NCBI GenBank assembly: GCA_951406725.2
Contig: OX597816.1
Span: forward strand, 19,158,001 to 19,222,000
Reading direction: 5' to 3'
From: Octopus vulgaris
Lineage: Eukaryota
Length of the DNA: 64,000 nt
How positions within the stretch are numbered: position 1 is the first letter of the stretch; each line of letters begins with the position of its first letter. A program made the translations under genes and the position numbers. This document shows positions 39,290 through 53,101 of the stretch, in pieces. A model generated the notes under the pieces. It saw only the letters and a program-made list of their open reading frames with translations, searched no databases and was not told the origin of the DNA.

Positions 39290-39536
39290 GCGCCCTTTTA
39301 AAGCCTAGCTTGCCTCATGGGCCCGGTTTCCCTGTTTCCGTAGGGTATGTGTTCCATGCTGGATGGGACATCAGTCCATTGCAGCATTACTCATTTTTGA
39401 ACAGATGTGTGAACTGGAGAAACGTGAAATCAAGCGTTTTTGGTCAAGAACACAACGCGTCGCCCGGTCCAGGAATCGAAACCACAATCTTTCGATCATG
39501 ATGCTGACACCCTAACCACTAAATCAAGTGACTCCA
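39290..39536 (-). mobile_element. tRNA-derived SINE, group C relative
   Basis: Minus head with GTGGTTAGGGTG..GGTTTCGATTCCTGGACCGGGCG; tail shared with 7659. Confidence 0.7.
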
Positions 39537-40417
39537 CTAGACAGATAAGATTATTTTTGTAAAATCCAAATATCTACGATTTAATATATTTATTCAACTG
39601 AGAAGCAATGTAATGGAAATTTCGTCAGAATTCCTTTAGACGTACAATGTTTTTGTCTGAAGGCTACATAGATATGTATCATGTCAAGAATGTTTCCTGA
39701 TTTTAGGAATCGCTGAATTTTTTCTTAAAGCACAGAAACTAAATCTCATGAAATTTTATAAGTAAATTTTAAAAACTCTGGAAGAAATACACTATAATAT
39801 TATATATACGAGATAGCTAAACTTGTAGCATTTATCAGAAAATATTCCTTTATCTGAAATAGTTGTTAAAGATTTCAAAGCCTAGATATCATTACAATAA
39901 TCAATATATATTCTTCCTAAGGGTTACATTAAAACTGTCGGAGCATTTAATTTGGCTACCAATTCTTATTCATAACTGACACTTAGTACATACTTCAGTT
40001 TCAAAATTTGACAAACAATTTCCTCTTTTGCGGGAAACACATAAACAAACTCTCACTATTTCGGATGAAAAAATTAAAGTGGTGTTTTCATCAATCATTC
40101 CTGTCTTATTTGTCTGCGGTTATTAAAATAGAAAATATAAAGCGTTGCATAACAGTATTCGTTCAAATTACATTGGAAGATTGAATAGATAGATGGCGTA
40201 TTTCTTCTATCCATGACACATATTGAATTGTAAAAGACTTAGAAGTAAACCTACTCATGGTAGAATATGGATAGAAAATGTTCAATGGGACATTTTGGGT
40301 GTAACATACATATTAATTTATAATGAATATATCATTCTTAATTTCAAATTATCAAACATCCAGGCAGTTCGAAACTCAGAGTGTCTCTGTAAAATGATTT
40401 TACATTATAACTATAAA

Positions 40418-40651
40418 CCTATTTCTTTACTATCCACAAGGGGCTAAACACAGAGAGGACAAACAAGGACAGACAAACGGATTAAGTCGATTATACCGAC
40501 GCCAGTGCGTAACAGGTACTTGTTTAATCGACCCCGAAAAGATGAAAGGCAAATTCGACCTCGGTGTAATTTGAACTCAGAAAGTAGCGGCAGACGAAAT
40601 ACTGCTAAGCATTTCGCCCGGCGTGCTAACATTTCTGCCAGCTCGCCGCCT
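40418..40651 (-). mobile_element. SINE group B
   Basis: Full monomer. Confidence 0.9.
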
Positions 40652-40889
40652 TCATTATGACTATAAAAAAAATCAGTAGTTAAGGATGAGACCACTAAAT
40701 AATTTCGAAGGAGTTCCCAACGTTTATCTGTATGTTTGGAACGTTAACATTTTACAAAATTATGACTGTACTTTGAATTGCAAATTTTTTTGCGGCATCT
40801 AAAATTTGTCTTCTGTTTCCCTACAGGGCCATAGCTATCTGAGAGTAATACACTGCGTGGCACCTTTGGTAAGTGTTTAGACGTACGTG

Positions 40890-41040
40890 TGAGTTTGTGA
40901 TAAAAAGGTTGCTTTGCAACCTCAAGACTCCGGGTTCAATCACACTGTGTAACACTTGGGCGAAATGTCTTTTTTTTATAAACTTGGAGGGACCAAGGCC
41001 TGTGAGTGGATTGAATAGATAGAAACTGAATGACACCCAT

Positions 41041-41083
<43 letters not shown>

Positions 41084-41452
41084 GTGATCTCTTGAGCACC
41101 ACCAGGAATAAAAAAATTTTAAAAAATAAATTTTTCCTCTGTCTTCCCTTCTCAGGATCTTTCCTTCTCCTTTGTTTCCGACGAAGAGCTCCGCTCGAAA
41201 CGTTAAACCCTCCTTCCCTTCTTTCCTGAGCGTCAAATAATACTTTAATTGTTCCACGTCCTCGCGTTGCTGTGTTTTTTTTCTGTGTTTTCTTGTTTGG
41301 ATTAACTATATATATATAGATCCATGTGTGAGTGTTTTGAAGTCTTATTTGTTCGTTACCGATTACGTAACATCACGGTTTGGCCAAAAGCACCAATAAA
41401 ATAAGAAACTGGCTTTAAAAAATAAGTATTGGGATTGATACATTTGACTAAA
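40890..41452 (+). mobile_element. Old group A SINE interrupted at its internal (TA)n by a PLE pLTR fragment (41081-41307)
   Basis: SINE head at 40890-41045, SINE tail at 41325-41452, HHR-bearing insert flanked by (TA)n between them. Confidence 0.65.
41174..41208 (+). ncRNA. Minimal type I HHR, U4C core variant
   Basis: GTTT-CCGACGA-a-GAGC-tcc-GCTC-GAAA-CG-TT-AAAC, with palindromic AACGTT in stem III as in dimer-dependent minimal HHRs. Confidence 0.7.
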
Positions 41453-41578
41453 ACTTAATGTAGATGGTTATGTACGTGCATATAAAAGAAGTAAGTGTAA
41501 AAGAGCTGATAGAAAGAAGGAAAGAATGAAAGAATAGAAAGAATAATAGAGTCGTACATAATTTTGATAGATATATAT

Positions 41579-41809
41579 ATTTCTTTACTACCCACAAGGG
41601 GCTAAACACAGAGGGGACAAACAAGGACAGACAAACGGATTAAGTCGATTATATCGACCCAATGCGCAACTGGTACTTAATTTATCGACCCCGAGATGAT
41701 GAAAGGCTAAGTCGACCTCGGCGGAATTTGAACCCAGGATGTAGCGGTAGACGAAATACGGCTACGCATTTCGCCCGGCGTGGTAACGATTCTACCAGCT
41801 CGCCGCCTT
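41579..41809 (-). mobile_element. SINE group B
   Basis: Full monomer; gatagatatata flanking repeat. Confidence 0.9.
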
Positions 41810-42509
41810 GGATAGATATATACTTACATATAAGAGACCAGATTGTACGTACGCCACTATAAAATTTTTTTTATATATAAACTACAAGATTGAGATAAAA
41901 ACGCAAAACACCCTGACAGAAAGGGGATTCAAAAAAAGGGGACAGTAAAACATCGAGACAAGCGATGCAAAAAAAAAAACAAGGACGGCTCATTCGGAGT
42001 TTTCTTTCCTCTGTCGAGTTCCAGATTGCCTTTGCAATTTCGGCTGCCTATACTCTAGATTGCTCCAGTCTGGCCAGACCCAAGGAAAAACTAAGCTAAG
42101 AGCATTGCATGACTGTAGAGTTTATCCTTATTCGGTAATGCCTTCTGGTTGCACTACCAAGCCAAGAATTTGGGGAAATCTTCCACAGAACCAGGAACGT
42201 ACGTTCCATGGTACAAATCTTTCAACCGATTGATGTTGACGCCAGTCTTCCTGAAAATTCTGTCGCACATGCACACCATAAACCCTCTATAGAACGTCTG
42301 ATTTTAACCGCCTCTGATATTTTAATTCGATTCAAATTTTGGCACAAGGCCAGACATTTCGGTGGACACGACAAGGACGCCAGTTCGCAACTGGTACATA
42401 TTTTAATCAACCCTAATGGAGAAAAGGCAAAGTTGACAGAAAGCAAAGACTATCGAAATGGTCCTAAGCATTTTCCCAATCGTGTTAATGAGGCTTCCAT
42501 CTCCCTGCT

Positions 42510-42576
<67 letters not shown>

Positions 42577-42578
<2 letters not shown>

Positions 42579-43183
42579 GCCCTGATGCAGTAACTAGCCC
42601 TGATGCAGTACCTAGCCCTGATGCAGTAATAGCCCTGATGCAGTACCAGGCAATGGCTCTCATGGCTTCTGATCTAAACTGATTGGAAATGTTATCGTGT
42701 GCATTGTTTTGTCTTGGTATAAAAGATGGGCTACAGCAAATATTCTGTTCAATACCACAGATTTGCTTGTCAGTTGTTTGACCTTAACCATTTGAGCATG
42801 TCCCTTAGTGGCTAATGATATGTGCATCTCTGATCACGAGCAGAGGTAGTGCGGGAGCATCATAGCCATGTGTTGAGAGGAATTTTTGGGGTTTGAATAA
42901 TTCACCTCTGGAAACATGGGTGGTTCTTTCAACATCCTTAAACAACCCTTATTCAGGGACCTTTTGAGCGGGATGGGCTACTCAACCTGAAGAAAATTCT
43001 AACTAGGCCCCACCTGCAAGGTCATGTGCTGTTTATCTTGATATGAGATCACCATGTCGCGCACACATGGTTGTGATGCATGTGCCTGGTGTACCCTTAT
43101 CAAACGGGTAGTCATGATGGGTATATTGGGCTTCGTATATTTTACCCCAGTGTCACTTTGATGGCATGAACTGCTCTCTCACT

Positions 43184-43185
<2 letters not shown>
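42577..43185 (+). mobile_element. Non-coding element D embedded in (AAT)n, longer copy
   Basis: Matches 5760-6232. Starts with 4 copies of 17-18 bp TAGCCCTGATGCAGTA(A/C)C. Confidence 0.8.
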
Positions 43186-43274
<89 letters not shown>

Positions 43275-43425
43275 ATGATGATGACGATGATGATGACGAT
43301 GATGAGGACAATGATGATGACGACGACGCTGATGATGATGAAGATGATGACGATGAAGATGACGATGACGACGACGACGACGACGACGATGATGATGACA
43401 GTGGTGGCGGTGGTGGTAATGATGA
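43186..43425. repeat. Compound trinucleotide microsatellite (AAT)(GAA)(GAT/GAC)
   Basis: Visible directly. Confidence 0.95.
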
Positions 43426-44542
43426 TTTAGGAACGAAACTTAGAAAGTGGATGGGAGCTCGAACGAAGAGAACACGTCTTGCAGCCACAAATCTAAGTCA
43501 CCTACATTATACCAACAGTTTCACAACGCGGAGTAAAAGCCCTCCCCTCTTTAGTAAGATGCCGATGGAGCAGTATTCATAAGGGGTTCTGCTGACAGTC
43601 AGTTTCGATCGCAATGTCAAAGTAGTTCTTCCTTCATTTAGATCTGCCAAGTCAGCGATTCCCAGGCATTGAACGAGTTTGTGTAAAACACTTTATAACG
43701 TTTTGCACTGGTTTCTTTTGGATAAATTTGATATATCAAAATACATAACAAACATGTGAATAGAAATTTAATTACGTGTATACAACTAAATGCATATTTA
43801 AAATTTCATGTTAGCAGTTTCTAATGCATATTCCCTTTTTTATATTGCGAGAGAAATAGAATAGCGATGGAAGAAATGGTGTGATATCTATGAAGACTAA
43901 TATAAGCTTATTCACAGCATCCGTCTCGGTGTATAAATATAAGGAATTAAGAAACAACGCTGTTTTACTAATATGTTAAATGTTTAAATCTTCCAGAATA
44001 TAGAACAAGTTATCTCACCGATATACGAATGCTTTTGTGCTCAATAATATAAGAAAGAGTAAATTTACATATATTACTTCAACATGGAAATATACTAGAA
44101 GCTAATCTTGAACGTTGTATATATTATGTTAAAAATATTTGTTTAAATGTGTTTCATGCTATTGTTGTATGAATGAATTTTGTCTTAGATAATATTTACC
44201 GGAGAACGCGTGGTTCTTCAATCTTTTCTGTTTATTGCTTGGTAGAGGGGGGTGTTTTGACTATTACATAAACTAAACGAGAAAAGAAATGTGATACCGA
44301 ATATTCAAAAATTATGTAATGTATGCATAGTCATAATATCTATCGGAAGAGAAATATTAATGCATTAGCATGAGAATGGCTATTGTATTGTTTAGAAATG
44401 GATAAATATTTTAAATATTTCTTCCAATATATGCAATGCTCAATCATATTGACATAGGAGTAAGCATTCCACAATGCCTTGATACAGAAGTAATTAGATT
44501 ATGCATACAGTTACACATATGTCTGTACAGGAAAGAATATTA

Positions 44543-44580
<38 letters not shown>

Positions 44581-45879
44581 CATTAAAATATTTACACGGT
44601 TGTCTCAGCAGACAATGAAATTTCAGTGTTACATTATCGACAGTAAAGTAGATAGATATTATTATCATAAATACATAATTCTATGTGTTATGGACTAATG
44701 TCCACTTCGAAAAAGAAACAGTAGGTATATAGCGTAATGGAATTATGTACACATTGACCAAAAAGTGAAAGGAAACGTGGGTGCAGGCTACGACGTTCAC
44801 ATTTGGTATTGTTAGACGAAAGAAGGGGAAACAAGCTTGGAACGTAACTGCAAACGGGAGGACACCTGCACGTGAATTAATCATCATTCATTACTTTTTG
44901 ACAAAACACAAAACGATTATTGTATCTCATGTACGCTCGTCTAGGTTCGTGGCTCTTCTTCAAACAAACTACTTCAAATAATTTACCTTCAGACTAGGTC
45001 TATCATTTCATTTCTCTCCAAAGCTAGAAGATATCGATGGATCACAGGAAATTCGCTATGAGAACATTTCACATTCGCTCAAAAGGTTTTCAGGAAGTCT
45101 TTCTAGAATAGGTAAAATCATTCTCAACTGCGTCCTGTAAGCGAATGCATTACTACAAAACACACAAGTTTTCATTTAAAATATAACTAGTGAATACATT
45201 TAGGTATGATAATGTTCCTTTTAGTTTATGACAAATTCTGTATATGCATATTCATAATATATAGCAGAGACTAATTATGATAATAAATTATCCCTCGATA
45301 AGTAGAACTTTATACATGAAATTAAATAATACTTGGTTGAAAATATATTTTCTCACACTGTTTTCAGACTTACTGTAGATATTTTTATTGGTCGAAAATA
45401 AACCTGCGTATCGACATACTTTTACATGCAGTTTCTACTACATATTTTGGAAATAGTATACTACTTATAATTTGAGTAACTACTCTTCAGTTCTCAATAC
45501 GTACACGGTATTTATTTTTGTATGTTTAGACTGTTGTTGTCTGTCAATGACTGACTGCATGAATATGTGAGATAATTTTTTAAATATGAAACTAAGCACC
45601 TTGGCAGAATTTCGGGGTGGTAGTGTTGCTGATCTAAATATAATCCAATACAAAAGATAATGGTGATATAGCATTTGTATGTTTTTGACAAAAAGGTTAA
45701 GAAACGGTAATCATTTATGGTAGAATCAAACCTTAGAAAAACATAAATAGAATAACAGATTGAAGGCGCTTTAATACAATACGGGAATCCTATTCCAAAA
45801 GGTAATTGTGTTACTGTCCTTTAAAATATATTAATATTCTTTATAAAATGTTAATGAATAAAGAATCTCTTTGCATGGG

Positions 45880-46130
45880 GACCTGCCGAAATTTAGCGAG
45901 AAGATCAGGCAAAGACGGCTGCAACTATTTGGTCAGTGCACACGCCTCTCTCAATTGGAAGCATCCAAATTCGTCTTGTGGAAAACACTTTATGGTGATG
46001 TAAGAAGAGGACAATTTGGTTGAGGACACTGGTTCGAAATGTATCCAGGACCTCGAGGCACTGAGGATGAACTAAAAGGTGTGGCGGATGGACCTTGTTG
46101 CTGCGGCCTGGGTTGGAATCCGATCATAAT
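45880..46130 (+). mobile_element. Degenerate RTE-clade LINE 3' end
   Basis: Pieces translate to LPKFSEKIRQRRLQLFGQCTR and QLVEDTG..IQDLEAL, similar to the RTE C-terminus at 36775. Confidence 0.6.
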
Positions 46131-46586
46131 AAAAATATTAAAATTTCTTCATATAAATAGCAGTTTTTGTCTTTAAAATTGGCGCATATGCTTTAAAATT
46201 ATATTTCTTTGTTAAATGTTAGTTGTATTATATTTATTGGAACATCCAAGAAATTTAAGGCTGTAAGAGGGATGAATTCTCAGAAAGCCGAGCAAAATGC
46301 TTCGAGGCATTTCATCTGTCTTGGGATCCAAATAATCGATTGAACATTCTCCCAAAATTGCTGACCTTTTTTCAAAATCTAAAAGACTTGTCGAGGAAAT
46401 TTAACAAATATCTTAACCTCCTGTTCAGATATTTTGCATATTGATATTATATAGCAGTTTCCATTGTATGACTAATTAACTAGATTTTGAGGCGCAATCC
46501 TATGAGTGAGAGTTTTAGAATTTGTCGTAATTACTATGAAGAATACTAATTTCTTTTAAATTCTGCTCTCGGACTGAGGACGATTC

Positions 46587-46637
<51 letters not shown>

Positions 46638-47980
46638 TGCATGCTCTTAAGTATAGGAAATCCATGGTACAAATATAAAACACACCTGGATACATACTTG
46701 TTTAAACATTTAGATGAATAAATATGAATGACCAAATATACTAATTACAACAGGAATTACAGCCACTACATCTCTGCCTTAACACGTCCAAATTTCGGTA
46801 CTACGAATATCTGATTGAAATGCCACAGGAAATAAGATGAGATAGTTTTGTCAGGCTGAGCCAACTGGCAGGAAAAATTGAAGTGGACCAAGAGTGAGAT
46901 TGTTGGATAATATCCATCATTTCATTTGGTTGCCCTGAAACATTAAGCAGATAATTTGGAATGCATGAGGATTATACCTACTCGGCACCTCTCGATGCAA
47001 TGGAGAGAAAAAAAGTATTAAAAGGACGGATATAAAGGGTTTCTACAATTGCTGTGTTCCTTTGAAAATGAAAAGTCAATCAGATCCCATCACGGTCACT
47101 GTACCACGATTACATCTCTCCATTCTGATTGACCCTACAATTACAACTGATATGTAACTACAATAAGGTGTCCATCACACATATTACATTATATGTTTCG
47201 TCTTGTTAGAATACCTTGTCAACTCAATAAGCTTTTATTTTGAAAAAGAATTGATAATTCATCAATTATTTAAGCATCAGATATCCCAATCAACATTTTA
47301 AACACTACAGTATAACACCGGAATTTTCCATCAGTTATTACTTAGAGCAACTACAAAATATGAATACTAAATTAGCTTTATAATGTTAACGTTTAAGATG
47401 TATTTACATAACGTATATGTGTTCTTACGTCTAATTTCCATTTTGGCTATGGAAAAGCTTTTAGAAAATTAATCCCATCATGTTTACCTATCACAAAACT
47501 GTCTAAAATTTTATTGATTCTTTTGAAAAGTGAATATTTCTGTTGATATAAATTGTGACATTACATTATATAATGGCATTACTTAACTTTATCGATGTCT
47601 CACATAAATGCGGGAAAATGCAAACTGAAATACTGAAATCTATAATTATGTCATTTTATCTAAACTAAAATAAATCATCAATTTTTTAATAAAAATTCTC
47701 AACTGAATATTATTCAAAATAAATTAGCCTGTAAGTTTTAGGTTAAATAATTTCAATCTTTGTGTGTTAAAACAATACTGTTAAGTAGAATTCTTCTAGA
47801 ATACGTAAAACAACATCGGCAGGAATATCACTATGTTAAATTGATTGCAATCCGTTATAGTGAGTGTTTAGTTTGGTGGAAACTCTTCAAGTAGAAGTCG
47901 TGTTTTTCGCTTCATATCACATGCATACATGAACACATAGATGACTGTGTTTGCCTGTACGAGTGTGTAAGCGAATGTGT

Positions 47981-48014
<34 letters not shown>

Positions 48015-50105
48015 TCGTGTGCAGAAACTAGGGATGAAGTTAGATTCGCAGATGGGCTTATTGAGATGTTCTACTTCTAAAATTTTACTTAAAGCTAGTT
48101 GTTTTTTATGTAGAATTTAGACTATGAAGAAAACGTTTGTAATACAATCGGTAGACGTACGTTCATTGATGTGATTTCTGCATATATGCATGTGTGCAAA
48201 TGTGGAATGGCCAGCTCTAGAGTTTTGAGTTTTGACTCACTTATTGAACAACAGTTTACGATGCAATTCTTGACTTCTTGAAAGAATGAAAGACTACAGT
48301 CTATGTGATGGTTTACCGCAAAAATCTAAGAATGTTCAGGCCCAGTGCTCTGAGTAGAAATGATTAATGATGGATGTAATGTGAAAATTGCAGCTGCGGT
48401 TAAACTCTACTTTGTGATCTAGAATCGAGATTGTGGGACATTCAACATGATGACATCCGATTAATTAAATCTTGGACAGAGTCACAGGTGACACCTTGAT
48501 TTTCGTGACATATCGACAATTCTAACGTTAGTGATAATGTAGCAGGTGCATCTCGATAGCATGTTTGAGTAAATAATTCTAGGTATTCTGCGAAGTGCTC
48601 GGGCCATATCAAATGTTTCTGTTTCCGTGGCATGTTTACTCGACCGAATGTGTATATGTATGTGTGTGCATATAAAGAGTGCACTTCTTCATTTGATGTC
48701 GCGAGAAATAGATAAAAATTAAGAGACTTTTCTGTGATGGTATCCAGTAAAAATTATACAAATCAAATATGTTTTCCTAGATATTTTAATCGAAAATTTG
48801 TTCTTGTTTTCACACTTTTGTTAAAGCGTAAATCAGGACTATCCGTAGGCAGATTATATAAGTTTCAAACGCACTCATTTAGATTCATTTGTATTTTCTA
48901 CGTTATATATATAACCCATTTGTAATTATTATGTTTATTGTACGTATATATAACACATTTCCAAAGAGACAATTTATTTGGGAAGATCGGAATACTTGAC
49001 GCGTATGAGACAGATACATTTAAAACCAATGGAGCAGGTTATACCAAACAGGTCATTGTTACGACTTTTCTTCTGAAAATTGTTTTCACTACCCTCCACA
49101 AAAACACACACACATACACGTACACATGCATATATACATAAACATAGACACACACACACATACACCCACATACACACATATACATGTATGTATGTGTAAT
49201 TGTGTCATATCTTTGTATGCGTGTGCATTCACTTTTTGGCATACGTGTGTGTATGTGTGTGCGTATTCACTTTTTGTGTAAGTGTGAGTGTGTGTCTACG
49301 TGTATGTATGCATGTGCGTGTGTGTGTGTGCATGCGCGTGCACGTGTGTGTAAAGTCAAGCCTTCTTTACATCTGTATCTGTTTTGCTTTTCCTTCATTT
49401 TGTGCTTTTGTCTTTTTTTATGCCAAAGTTTATAATGTACTGACATGTTCCTCATTATGACTAGTAATAATGGTGTGGAGCTACTGATATCGCCACAAAC
49501 CAAAATATCACACGACGATCACCAAATAATTCCATAAAGCCCTTTGGAGTATACGTAACCTACGAAACGTGAAATCCCCATCTTACGAAGACTTCGTTAC
49601 ATCATCCAAAACAAATATTATAGCAAATACGAAGAAACGCAAGCGTCTCTTGCTTATAATGGAAGTGAGTTTCATTATTTATTTGCACTCCCGTTGTAAT
49701 ATCAGTGTAATAATATCCCTTGTTATTCTAAGAAATTAATTAATTACTCATCCAAATTCTTTCTCGTGGTATTCAAGTTTACTTAGAAACACTTTAAATC
49801 ATTAATTATTTATAAATGATGTCAACTTAAATTAAAAGTGATATCTTATTGTTAAGCTTGCAACGATGGATTCCAACTATGTTATTCTAAATTAAATAAC
49901 TTCACTTATTGAAAGTGATGCATTTATTCCCTGGTGATATTCATTCGTATTAAAGACATTATTTATAGATAGATGTCAAGAAGGAAAATGGAAAAAATAG
50001 TCAAGATTGAAAGGTTTACACGCACATTTCAAAACCCTCTATGACTCAGTGTTTTGAAATAATAAGACAAAAATGCATCTTTTCATACAATAACGCATTA
50101 TATAT

Positions 50106-50535
50106 TACTCTTTTACTCTTTTACTTGTTTCAGTCATTTGGCTGCAGCCATGCTGGAGCACCGCCTTTAGTCGAGCAAATCGACCCCGGCACTTATTCTT
50201 TGTAAGCCCAGTACTTATTCTATCGGTCTCTTTTGCCGAACCGCTAAGTGACGGGGACGTAAACACACCAGCATCGGTTGTCAAGCAATGCTAGGGGGAC
50301 AAACACAGACACACAAACACAGACACACAAACACACACACACACAGACATATATATATATACATACATATATACGACAGGCTTCTTTCAGATTCCGTCAA
50401 CCAAATCCACTCACAAGGCATTGGTCGGCCCGGGGCTATAGTAGAAGACACTTGCCCAAGATGCCACGCAGTGGAACTGAACCCGGAACCATGTGGTTGG
50501 TTAGCAAGCAACTTACCACACAGCCACTCCTGCGT
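50106..50535 (-). mobile_element. SINE group A, full length
   Basis: Head, CORE-like domain, internal (CA)/(TA), tail. Confidence 0.9.
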
Positions 50536-51063
50536 ATATATTCAGTCTTGTAAAACGTGTTAATGGAAACTACGTTATACTCCCGTAATGTATATTGTGT
50601 CAAGTTAATTGCACGATTTACACAGAAAAACATACACAGACCCGCTCCCGAACGCACTCAAGTGTCATAATTTTGACCTACCATAAAGAGATATCCAGTT
50701 GTTAAAGACTATCCCTATAATGCATTGTATGTCTAATTTCATTCGCAAAGCTAGCTTGAAATCAATTACTTCCTCACATGTCTTGCCCTATATTAAACAG
50801 GCGACTGTTGGAAATGACGGGCTTAAGACTGTATGCAGGCCAATCCAGCGACTTAAAACCTAAATCTTCAATGGCTTTGTAGGCCGCGTGTTGGCGTGCA
50901 TTGTTATACAACTACCACACTTGACAATTGTTAGTTTCCGTTTGTTATCCAGCAATTCCTTGCAGCCTAAAGTGGCCACTGTAAACTCCACTTCCACGTT
51001 ATTTTCTTGTATAGTCCATTTTCTGTCCCCAAAATTCTATTTTCGTGGTGGTGATTATAATTT

Positions 51064-51148
51064 ATTAATAGTTATCGCCAAGCTAACATGGCAGTCCAGA
51101 TAAATAGGACGAATGCTGCCGTTGATTAGCTTGGCAATAACTATTAAT
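51064..51148. repeat. Isolated 85-nt hairpin
   Basis: ATTAATAGTTATCGCCAAGCTAA..GGCAG pairs with CTGCC..TTAGCTTGGCAATAACTATTAAT; inner GTCC/GGAC stem. Confidence 0.85.
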
Positions 51149-52482
51149 ATCTAGTACCGCTGCTGTAGTCTCCTTTAGAGAGAATTAGAAATAATGATAT
51201 TTCGATTATAATTTAAATGACCCCAAAAAATTCAAAAGAAAATAACACCCTGGAGGATGAGTAAGGGAGTTGCTGTCGTCACCCACCAAACTACTACCTC
51301 TCTGATCCTCCTACATCCCAAGTAACAAATGCTGTACAGGAACAATTTGTCATGATGGAGCTGCGCTGCAGTAGCTGCTCACTTGGCAGTTGACACCTAA
51401 CCGTTGTCTGATGGAATAGATCTTCCCTTTGGCCACAATAAATTTAAAGCCGTGCATCTAGTACCACCCCGACCCGCCTTCTCAATTATCAACGTCCTGC
51501 TGGTAGCATCTTCACAGATTGCTGTAGGGTAGCATGATCTTTCCCGAAGGTGCCATCCAGTCTCTGATACGTTCTAGGCTGTTTTGTATTCAATACATGA
51601 AATTCCGCATAACGTTTCGTTACTCGTTATATACACAGTAGCTTTTTGTGTTTCTCTACATATTTTTCTCTCTCTCTCCACCTCTCACCCTCTCACTCTC
51701 CTACTTTACACTCACACACACACGTATGTATATATAAAATAATTTGTATTTTATCATAATGATGACATATTTCGAAAATTAAGTTTTATATAAAAGCGTC
51801 AACGTTAAAAATTCCAAATACATATTTACATAACCAGTAACCACTTATCTTGGAAATATCATGTATAGCAGACAATATGTATAACATCTTGTTGATTCGC
51901 TCCTTTCTTTATTTATTCAACGATTCCTTCATACAATATTATCATAAATTTTATAACATAAATATTTACATATTTGTATATTAAGATAACAAAGCAGAAT
52001 ATCTATGTTATTCACTTCTTAAGTTTTCGTTGTAAACCCGGTTGCTGTACAAAAATATGCGCCATATATGAAATAATATGCAGTATGAAAGGTAAAATTA
52101 TGTAACCTTTTCACCGTTTGTGTTGTATGTACTTCTGTTGTTCGAATCTGATAAAGATGGTTTTTTTTTCACATACGTTTTGCAAACGTGCAGACATCCA
52201 GAGAAATAATCTCGGTTTAAATCCATATTCAAACAAATTCCACGAATTGGCATCACATCTTACGTTTTTATATACTTCATTTGTTTGTCTTCATTCTGTC
52301 TATTCCTGAAAACATACTCACTAATGTGAGTACACATGTATTAGTATTATGCTTATCGTATCAAGATTTCTATTAAAATTATGTAATGAATACATAAGGA
52401 ATGCCGATTCAACGTTCGTTGTTTATTATTGTTTGTTAGTGAAAATGACAATGATGATTATGATGATGATGATGATGATGAT

Positions 52483-52600
52483 GCATGTGATGCATGTACC
52501 TGGTGTTTCATTATCAGACGCGTAGTCATGATTGGTATATTGGGCTTCATATATCTGTGCCCCAATGTCACTTTGATGGCATGCATTACCCTCTCACTCA
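52483..52600 (+). mobile_element. 3' fragment of element D
   Basis: tgtgatgcatgtacctggtg..tcactttgatggcatgca..ctctcactc, between (GAT)n and (CTT)n. Confidence 0.75.
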
Positions 52601-52720
52601 ATCTTCTTCTTCTTCTTCTTCTTCTTCTTCTTCTTCTTCTTCTTCTTCTTCTTCTTCTTCTTCTTCTTTCTCCTTCTTCTTCTTCTTAGTAGTATTAGCA
52701 GTAGGTCAATTGGGTGTCAG

Positions 52721-53101
52721 TGGAGGCGCAATGGCCCAGTGGTTAGGGCAGCGGACTCGCGGTCATAGGATCGCGCTTTCGATTGCCAGACCGGGCGTTG
52801 TGAGTGATTATTGAGCGAAAACACCTAAAGCTCCACGAGGCTCCGGCAGAGATGGTGGTGATCCTTGCTGTACTCTTTCACCACAACTTTCTCTCACTCT
52901 TACTTCCTGTTTCTGTTGTACCTGTATTTCAAAGGGCCGGCCTTGTCACTCTCTGTGTCACGCTGAATATCCCCGAGAACTATGTTAAGGGTACACGTGT
53001 CTGTGGAGTGCTCAGCCACTTACACGTTAATTTCACGAGCAGGCTGTTCCGTTGATCGGATCAACCGGAACCCTCGTCGTCGTAACCGACGGAGTGCTTC
53101 C
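52721..53101 (+). mobile_element. tRNA-derived SINE group C, full length
   Basis: A/B-box head; near-identical to 24977-25324. Confidence 0.9.
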
